Below are positions 57,846-64,000 of a stretch of DNA of 64,000 nt, piece after piece (positions within the stretch are counted from its first letter, which is position 1; the number at the start of each line of letters is the position of its first letter). The translations under genes and the position numbers were made by a program. This DNA is from a virus (Duplodnaviria; Heunggongvirae; Uroviricota; Caudoviricetes), in the IMG/VR virus record IMGVR_UViG_3300035659_000002. One strand, given 5' to 3'. Below the pieces are notes generated by a model that made no database searches, had not been told where the DNA came from, and saw only the letters and a list, made by a program, of their open reading frames with translations.

Positions 57846-58295
57846 CTAATTGATATCATCAATCTCCAATCGTGGTAAATGTATTTTCTCTTTCAATTTC
57901 TTTACTTCAAATGTCAAGTCGAAATACTTGCCTTCCGGCAATAAAGATTCTAATATAGCGATAAATGCTTCTTTATCATTAAAAATGGGGCCATTTCCAT
58001 CAAAATCCTCATCAAGACCTGGTGTTTTTCGTTTGAAATTGACATTAACAACATGATCGTCAATATCCTTGATCGACAAAATATCCGATTTTTTCTTGAA
58101 GTCAGGCCGCAAGAACACGATGGCAAAGACTACACCAATAAAGGGCAATAAAGCAAAAATCGTGACAAGTAACACGTTTCCAGATAAAAAACCAATGGCA
58201 AATGCCATGCCAACGATGTACCATCCTGCAAACGTATCAATGACATCCTGGTTTGTCAACCAAAATAATTTCTCTTTTATCATGTTCATGATCAT
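57846..58295 (-). CDS. membrane protein
   Basis: 149 aa, two TM helices. Confidence 0.35.
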   Translation of the reverse strand: MIMNMIKEKLFWLTNQDVIDTFAGWYIVGMAFAIGFLSGNVLLVTIFALLPFIGVVFAIVFLRPDFKKKSDILSIKDIDDHVVNVNFKRKTPGLDEDFDGNGPIFNDKEAFIAILESLLPEGKYFDLTFEVKKLKEKIHLPRLEIDDIN

Positions 58296-59192
58296 TCACG
58301 CTTCAAAAGCAACGGGGGCTTGGCCATTGTTCACGATCCAAAGATTCGCATTTTTGATATTTTGCATGAATCCATTTTCAGATTTGGACAATTCATGCAA
58401 TACATTCTTGTCATCTTCAAACACGTTGATTTCTCCTTGTAAATTTGAATTCATCAAGGTGTCTGACCAATCCCACATCAATTCACCAAGCTTGCTTACT
58501 TTACGATTTACATAATCAACATGTGATGCATCGTAAGTGTTTTTATTATCATTCCATTCAACGCTCACGAAACCATGCATCAACACATTACAATGATGTT
58601 CAAACCATTTCTTCGTAATTTCCTCATGTTCCTTGTATCGCCCCGTTACAATAATATTAACTGATAACGGCCTAAAATATCCATATACCCAAGAGAAGGG
58701 TTTGACTCTTGCTAGATCGGATAAAAATTCATCAGTCAAAGTATTATTCTTGTTTCCTCGAATCCGGTCATTTGTAAAAATACTCGGGCAGAGCGTATTA
58801 TCAACATCAATAAAATTTACAATCCCAAATTCAAAACCACATTTTGGACAAATAAGATGACCATAATGCGCTCCTCCTTTCGGAGGTTGCCAAATAATTT
58901 CAAGGTTCTCTAGGCGATTGTCATTTTTGATGCCATTTCGATGATGTATTTTTTCATTTGGCCAAAGATAACGTCCAAGATGTTTTTCCATTACAAGTAC
59001 ATGTTCCCAAACGTGATTACCAACTGCACGAGGATGATTGGGTATATATACCAAAACATATCCCCGTTTCATACGTTTCTCTTTTGTAGCCAATTTGGAT
59101 CGACATTTTAATGAGCATGTACTTCTCATTTCAAAATCTCGTGGATTGGCATAAAATCTCTTTCCACATGCTTTACATGATTTATAGGGCAT
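58296..59192 (-). CDS. HNH homing-endonuclease-like protein
   Basis: NHVWEHVLVME...EKIHHRNGIKNDNRLENLE (HNH_3-type), with an N-terminal CKACG...CSLKC zinc ribbon. Confidence 0.6.
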   Translation of the reverse strand: MPYKSCKACGKRFYANPRDFEMRSTCSLKCRSKLATKEKRMKRGYVLVYIPNHPRAVGNHVWEHVLVMEKHLGRYLWPNEKIHHRNGIKNDNRLENLEIIWQPPKGGAHYGHLICPKCGFEFGIVNFIDVDNTLCPSIFTNDRIRGNKNNTLTDEFLSDLARVKPFSWVYGYFRPLSVNIIVTGRYKEHEEITKKWFEHHCNVLMHGFVSVEWNDNKNTYDASHVDYVNRKVSKLGELMWDWSDTLMNSNLQGEINVFEDDKNVLHELSKSENGFMQNIKNANLWIVNNGQAPVAFEA

Positions 59193-59271
59193 TGATTATC
59201 ACGACTAATCCCTTGTAGTGCTTTAAAATCTCGGCAATGGCTTTCCGTATTTCTTGATCGGTCATTTTATT

Positions 59272-59892
59272 TCACTTCTTTGTTTTTGATACTTTTGGAA
59301 CAAAATCAGGATCACGGTCGCTTCCCAGCTCCGAAAAATTGATGAAATATTGATTATATTTATCCGTGAAAATATTGAATCGGCGTGATGGTTTCGTGAC
59401 TTCGTGATAATTGCCTTTTTTATCAGTATAAGAATACTGATCATAAACGATGCCTTCACTGCCCCATGCATCTGCACAAACGGTAGTACCTTGAAAACAC
59501 GCGCCGATCACCTCTTTCGTTGATGCTTCTCGCAGCTTTAATGCAATGTCTTTCCAATGGCCAGGATCTGGCATTTCAGATACTATCAGGTCTATTGCAT
59601 CCGCAACCATCGTGAAATCCTTTTTTGCTATCATTGCCCCGTCGTAGGTAATATTCAAGGTAATTCGATGATGACGTGGCACATCTTCTCGTTTCACCAG
59701 ATTCCAAAATGGTTCAAGTGATTCCGAACTACACGCGGATTTTATGAATAACCCAATACCGTCTGCTTGCGGAAAGTATTTTTCCGCTAGAAAATCCCAC
59801 ATGATCAACCATCCACGAAAGGAATTACCAAACTCTGCAAATTCGTGTAAATCACCTTTCATGTCGATGGTGAACATTCGCAAGCTACTCAT
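59272..59892 (-). CDS. hypothetical protein
   Basis: 206 aa. Confidence 0.4.
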   Translation of the reverse strand: MSSLRMFTIDMKGDLHEFAEFGNSFRGWLIMWDFLAEKYFPQADGIGLFIKSACSSESLEPFWNLVKREDVPRHHRITLNITYDGAMIAKKDFTMVADAIDLIVSEMPDPGHWKDIALKLREASTKEVIGACFQGTTVCADAWGSEGIVYDQYSYTDKKGNYHEVTKPSRRFNIFTDKYNQYFINFSELGSDRDPDFVPKVSKTKK

Positions 59893-60479
59893 GGATTTTT
59901 CCCTTCACGCTTTTCTTTTATGTCCTTTCGCAATAGCTCATCGAACTCCGGTGGTTTGATACGGATCACTTTTGCGTACCTGCGTAGCGGAATTAATTTG
60001 TCATACGACTCCGCTGTTGGCCCGCCGCCGGTGTGAACGCCTTCCAAGTTCAGCATCATGCAGTTCGTGCAATAATACTCGATAGGATGGCTCGGATATT
60101 CCCGTTTCCACCACCATGTTGCATAACAAGCCCATTCCGCGATCTTGGTACATGCTTCCTCATCACCATCCTCGCATTTTATTTCGGGTTTGATCCTGGT
60201 CATGCGGTTTCGGATGCTACTACACCATGAAAAGAACATGTCCAATGCCCTGCCATAATTATGATATGACCAGGTAGCAAAAAGGGACACGATAAAGCCA
60301 ATTCCGAATTGTAGCGGAAAATACACGCACAACATGATCATGATACCTTCGGGCGAGAATTGCCATACGTTCAAGGCAAAGAGCGCGGCAAACATCATGG
60401 TCCAGGTCGCCGTGATGGCGAGGGCTTGCTTGTTTTTCGGTTTTTGTTGGATTTTCGGTTGTTTGATTTTTGGTTTCAT
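59889..60479 (-). CDS. membrane protein
   Basis: 196 aa with a basic N-terminus and TM helices. Confidence 0.4.
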   Translation of the reverse strand: MKPKIKQPKIQQKPKNKQALAITATWTMMFAALFALNVWQFSPEGIMIMLCVYFPLQFGIGFIVSLFATWSYHNYGRALDMFFSWCSSIRNRMTRIKPEIKCEDGDEEACTKIAEWACYATWWWKREYPSHPIEYYCTNCMMLNLEGVHTGGGPTAESYDKLIPLRRYAKVIRIKPPEFDELLRKDIKEKREGKNP

Positions 60480-60793
60480 CGTTCCAACCTCTTTTCATAA
60501 TACCGGTATTTTCCCCAATGAACTGTACATAGAGCCAATTTGCGTTCGTGATCGAGTTTGATCTTGTTTATGCCTTCCATGTTAAATTGCTTCTTCATGT
60601 CGTTATATAATCCATCGGCTGTTGGTTTCTCTGGCTTTGGATATACCCCCGTGTCACCACACCAATCACAAACCAGGTCATTATTCGGCTCGTAAGGATC
60701 GTCACTAGGAACGCTGCCCGTGCCATCACAATGACGGCACTTGTGGTCCTTGATATATTGTTCGATCCATTTCTCCATTTCGGTTTTTTCGCT
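60476..60793 (-). CDS. zinc-finger protein (start probably internal Met)
   Basis: CRHCDGTGS...CDWCGDTG. The ORF extension overlaps the upstream gene. Confidence 0.3.
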   Translation of the reverse strand, partial: SEKTEMEKWIEQYIKDHKCRHCDGTGSVPSDDPYEPNNDLVCDWCGDTGVYPKPEKPTADGLYNDMKKQFNMEGINKIKLDHERKLALCTVHWGKYRYYEKRLER

Positions 60794-60809
60794 CATGGTT
60801 TTCACGCTC

Positions 60810-61235
60810 TTATCCACAATCACATTTCCAAACGTTTTTTCCATCGAACTCGTGATATTTAGAACGGGGATAATCGAATAGCTCGGTCCTGCACATTGAA
60901 TCATTATTGTTAGGGCATTTTGGAGCGACCACGCCATTATAAAGACAGATTGCTCGGAGATGGCCATTTTCCATTCGATGAAAGAAAAGATCACGTTTAT
61001 CATGTTTCTTGATGGTCAGTCGCACGAACGCGGTCACGTTCATTATCCCGAAATAAACAAGAAGCAACAATTGGCTCGTATTAGTCATGGAGGCAAAATA
61101 AATGATACCAATACTTGCAGCGGTGATATAAATTCCCCAACCTAAACGTGATTCACCCTTCACGGAGATATGTACCGATCCGAACATGGTTATGCCCATG
61201 TAGACCCAACCAAGCAATTCAATGATGTCCATCAA
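60810..61235 (-). CDS. membrane protein
   Basis: 141 aa with 3 TM helices. Confidence 0.35.
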   Translation of the reverse strand: MMDIIELLGWVYMGITMFGSVHISVKGESRLGWGIYITAASIGIIYFASMTNTSQLLLLVYFGIMNVTAFVRLTIKKHDKRDLFFHRMENGHLRAICLYNGVVAPKCPNNNDSMCRTELFDYPRSKYHEFDGKNVWKCDCG

Positions 61236-61465
61236 GCATCTCCTTTCACTTCAATATCCGGCGCACTCACAGGAGCTACACCGGATTTGATATTATTGAA
61301 TGCATCTCGTAACTTCTTGCCCAAAATTTGTTTGGCCCGGCATCCAGGTAGATCCTTATCATAGTAGGGACATTCAATGAACGGATATGCATTTGCCTTG
61401 GATAGACGGTTCTGGATCGTTCTCCTCCAAATGCAGCTCTTCTTGTTACAGCTATTATACGACAT
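61232..61465 (-). CDS. hypothetical small Cys-containing protein
   Basis: 77 aa. Confidence 0.3.
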   Translation of the reverse strand: MSYNSCNKKSCIWRRTIQNRLSKANAYPFIECPYYDKDLPGCRAKQILGKKLRDAFNNIKSGVAPVSAPDIEVKGDA

Positions 61466-61466
61466 C

Positions 61467-62039
61467 TTATTTTTTCTCCTTGGCTTTCCACGTATCGAAT
61501 TTTTCCGTTTCCTCGATGCAATCCTTGATCAAGTCTTGATCACAATTGCACGGGCAAAGGTCACTTAATTTCTTGTAATTTCCATAGCACTTCGGCCAGC
61601 CGGTTCGGCCATGCGTGTTTAGAACGGGTTGCTCGGTTTTATCGACAACATGCGTTCCGAAATGATGCCCTGGCTTGCTTATTGCTATTCTATCGCTGAT
61701 CCGCCGTAATTCAAGTTCCTCTTCGCCAATATCATCTCGTTCATCGGGCCTGGGCTTGATGTGATCGGGTGATCGCCATGTCGGTTTGTACCCTCCGCAA
61801 ATATATAATTCGCATTTAAATTGCTCGCATTTGTCGCCTTGCTTGTGATTGCAATCAACAGGACACAATCGAACCCGGTCATCCTTCAATTGCTGATATT
61901 CCTTCCGCAATTCCAGGAGTTTTTTCGGGGCCGAATCAACGCATGACCGACAAAAGAACAACCCTTCAGATAAAAAATAAATACCGGTGCCTTCAGAAGC
62001 TTTGCATAAGGCACATTTCTTGGGAGATTCATTTGACAT
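61467..62039 (-). CDS. Cys-rich protein
   Basis: CALCK...CRSC, CPVDCNHKQGDKCEQFKCELYICGG, CPCNCDQDLIKDC. Confidence 0.4.
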   Translation of the reverse strand: MSNESPKKCALCKASEGTGIYFLSEGLFFCRSCVDSAPKKLLELRKEYQQLKDDRVRLCPVDCNHKQGDKCEQFKCELYICGGYKPTWRSPDHIKPRPDERDDIGEEELELRRISDRIAISKPGHHFGTHVVDKTEQPVLNTHGRTGWPKCYGNYKKLSDLCPCNCDQDLIKDCIEETEKFDTWKAKEKK

Positions 62040-62355
62040 CGTTCATGTCCACCGTTTCGATTCCGGTTTCACAATCATCGTTGCTACATCGGATATTGAT
62101 TTTACCATCTTTTATCGGAATGATGATCAATTCCGATTCACACACGCCACATTTTTCAGGGTCTTTACCGATTAGTTCTTTTATTCGCCCCCATGAAATG
62201 CTATTGATCACGTCCTCCCCGGTCATTTGAGGATGTTCAGCGACAAGCTGTTCGATGATTTTAACCGGTGAACGAATCTCCTCGACACGTTTTTTATAAT
62301 ATTGCATGAAATACTTTGAAATGCGTGCAATATCATTGGAAGGTTTTTTGATCAT
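62029..62355 (-). CDS. small protein with zinc ribbon
   Basis: CGVCESE...CSNDDCETG. Confidence 0.35.
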   Translation of the reverse strand: MIKKPSNDIARISKYFMQYYKKRVEEIRSPVKIIEQLVAEHPQMTGEDVINSISWGRIKELIGKDPEKCGVCESELIIIPIKDGKINIRCSNDDCETGIETVDMNDVK

Positions 62356-62720
62356 TTCTTTTCGCCTGATTCTTTTTCACGCTTGGCGATTTCTAATCGT
62401 TCTTCGAGGCGAGCCAGCTTGTATTCCATCCACCGATTGATATCATCCTTGAACGGGTGCGCGGCATCGTTGAGCCGCATTAATTTCATTTGTTCGATCA
62501 TGAGACTCACATCCGCTACCTCCTCGGCCATGTCCTCCCGTGCTTCGAGATACAATCCACCGGTTGCTAGCTTCCGCTTGTATTTTTGAATTGCACGAAT
62601 TAACTCGGCACATTCCTCCACGATCAATTCAAGCTGTAGATTCTCGCCCCAGGTCATAATCGCACGTTCATAAATGCTCGGTTTTTCTTGTCCTGGTTGT
62701 TGCCGCAATGTTTTACTCAT
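62352..62720 (-). CDS. MazG-like nucleotide pyrophosphohydrolase
   Basis: ELIVEECAELIRAIQK ... EEVADVSLMIEQM matches the EExxEl / eElgDvl MazG helices. The longer ORF extension overlaps the upstream gene. Confidence 0.45.
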   Translation of the reverse strand: MSKTLRQQPGQEKPSIYERAIMTWGENLQLELIVEECAELIRAIQKYKRKLATGGLYLEAREDMAEEVADVSLMIEQMKLMRLNDAAHPFKDDINRWMEYKLARLEERLEIAKREKESGEKK

Positions 62721-63987
62721 GATCGTCATCGACATCCTCATTTTTCTTGACATGAAATAGGGGTTTCTTTTGCAGCATGTCAACCAGGAACGTGCCTTCA
62801 TCCTCCACGATCTTGTCAACGACTTGCCGCACGATTGCCTTAAAATCCGGGTACGGGTGTATATTTGGTGTTTTGATAAATTGCCGCAAGTCCTCAATCG
62901 TGGTGAATCCACGTTTGTTAAATTCATCAAGCTGGCCTCGGCTGAAATGGTGAGCATATTTGATAATGAGGAACTTCCTGAAGTCAATATCATTCTCCGT
63001 AACCTGGGATTTGATCGTGACATGCATGGCACGGGATTCCCCCTTGCCATTAAGCATTACACGTTTCAAACGATACCGTGAATTTTCCTTGTCAATTTCT
63101 TGCTTGCAATGGTCCTTGATGCCTTTGATCGTTTCACGATGATTTGTCTTGTAGATACGTTTCCGTGTTTCGACTCGCATCCCACGACGGGTTGGAGGAA
63201 ATGCAAAACGCAAAAAGGGAAATGCAACGACCGCTAAAAATATATCGAGAATGAACAACCAGGCCGCCGCCGTGTAATAACCCCACATTTCAAACGTCAA
63301 ATACCATGAAATTGTATCCATTACCAAGAGGAACATGGCTATTAAAAACACCGGGGGATCGATTCGCCATTTTCTCGATCCTGGGAGATTGGATTCACTA
63401 ATCAATCGTTTCATGGGTTCGGCCTTTAATTCGTGCATGTCCATCCATTTACGTCGTGCATCATTAGCAATAATTACCGAACCACATCGCGGACAAAATT
63501 TTGCATCCTGTTCGGGAATTATGTTACCACATCGTGGGCAAATTGTCGATGCTTTGATCTGATCAATCTCGTGATGAAGATCCGTTATGGTTTTCTCGAG
63601 TTCCTTGACATGTCTAATGTGATCCTGCTTTTCCTCCGTCCAGCCTCGTTCGAGTTCCCTGATATGATAATTCTTTTCCTCGATGATAGCTTCATGACGT
63701 TGAATCAATTTAACGAGGTCACTGCTAATCATGGGGACGCGTGGTATCGAAGGGATACGTGGTGGTAGTACCGGGTGAACCCACGGATGAATCTCTGAAC
63801 GTTTCCTTCTTTTCATCATGTCCTCGACTATCTTCATCATGTCAGCATCACGCTTGGCTTTTCCCCCGTGTATTTTCAATTTCAATTTATCTTTTCGCTT
63901 CCATTTCTCGCAGGGTTTGTCCTCGTGCTGACCGGCGGGACATTCATTCTGTTCAGCACAGGCATCACATGATCGTGGCGACCACAA
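62713..63987 (-). CDS. coiled-coil / zinc-ribbon / TM protein
   Basis: 424 aa; CPRCGNIIPEQDAKFCPRCG and a hydrophobic segment. Confidence 0.45.
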   Translation of the reverse strand: MWSPRSCDACAEQNECPAGQHEDKPCEKWKRKDKLKLKIHGGKAKRDADMMKIVEDMMKRRKRSEIHPWVHPVLPPRIPSIPRVPMISSDLVKLIQRHEAIIEEKNYHIRELERGWTEEKQDHIRHVKELEKTITDLHHEIDQIKASTICPRCGNIIPEQDAKFCPRCGSVIIANDARRKWMDMHELKAEPMKRLISESNLPGSRKWRIDPPVFLIAMFLLVMDTISWYLTFEMWGYYTAAAWLFILDIFLAVVAFPFLRFAFPPTRRGMRVETRKRIYKTNHRETIKGIKDHCKQEIDKENSRYRLKRVMLNGKGESRAMHVTIKSQVTENDIDFRKFLIIKYAHHFSRGQLDEFNKRGFTTIEDLRQFIKTPNIHPYPDFKAIVRQVVDKIVEDEGTFLVDMLQKKPLFHVKKNEDVDDDHE

Positions 63988-64000
63988 GTAAAAATCCTGA

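Noticed and set aside
62352-63050. Full 232-aa ORF 62352..63050 as one protein
   Set aside because: Its first ~110 codons overlap gene 62713..63987 in another frame and are low-complexity Arg/Ser. Only the C-terminal MazG-like part from an internal Met is credible.
1-64000. Interpretation as a eukaryotic giant virus (C2H2 fingers, Pro-rich proteins, NAD ligase, Leu-AAG tRNA, AAAATTGA-like promoter word)
   Set aside because: Frequent Shine-Dalgarno sites at correct spacing, ATGA/TAATG stop-start overlaps and operon-like packing argue for a prokaryotic translation context.

Overview
The window reads as one contiguous stretch of a large dsDNA virus-like (phage or archaeal-virus-like) genome, or an integrated or plasmid-borne derivative, of a prokaryote. 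It is AT-rich, with roughly 100 tightly packed ORFs, mostly on the minus strand, and many stop/start overlaps. Several starts carry Shine-Dalgarno-type sites (GGTGA, GAGGT, AAGGAG). The largest intergenic region is about 2 kb (19.0-21.0 kb) and is full of repeats.

Recognisable content:
- Replication and repair: an archaeo-eukaryotic primase/polymerase (prim-pol), an SF2 DEAH helicase, an NAD-dependent DNA ligase, and a second minimal KxDG ligase-like nucleotidyltransferase.
- DNA methylation: four SAM methyltransferase-fold genes (one C5-cytosine, two beta-class amino-methyltransferases, one degenerate paralog).
- Nucleases and accessory domains: three HNH endonucleases, plus ASCH, DUF488, MazG-like, DUF5131 and cupin proteins.
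- Membrane and surface proteins: an SPFH/band-7 protein, an acyltransferase-3 membrane protein, a lipocalin-like protein, and three tandem FN3-repeat membrane proteins.
- Regulators: a multi-finger C2H2 zinc-finger protein and a winged-helix regulator.
- RNA genes: five class-II (Ser/Leu) tRNAs on the minus strand.

Most notable observations:
1. One tRNA-Ser gene is 146 nt and carries three tandem anticodon stem-loops (CGA, UGA, GGA), exactly the UCN serine set.
2. A roughly 60-aa N-terminal module is shared by six consecutive genes with otherwise different functions.
3. A TTTAACAAAAT-N3-TTTAAATA promoter-like motif recurs before at least ten genes.
4. The 2-kb non-coding region carries ATCAAGTTAYC / GGGCTTTTTTT iteron-like repeats.

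The host domain cannot be settled from sequence alone. Bacterial-type features (NAD ligase, Blc-type lipocalin, acyltransferase_3, hairpin terminator) coexist with archaeal-type features (TATA-like boxes about 27 nt upstream of start codons suggesting leaderless mRNAs, C2H2 fingers, an intron-like tRNA insert).
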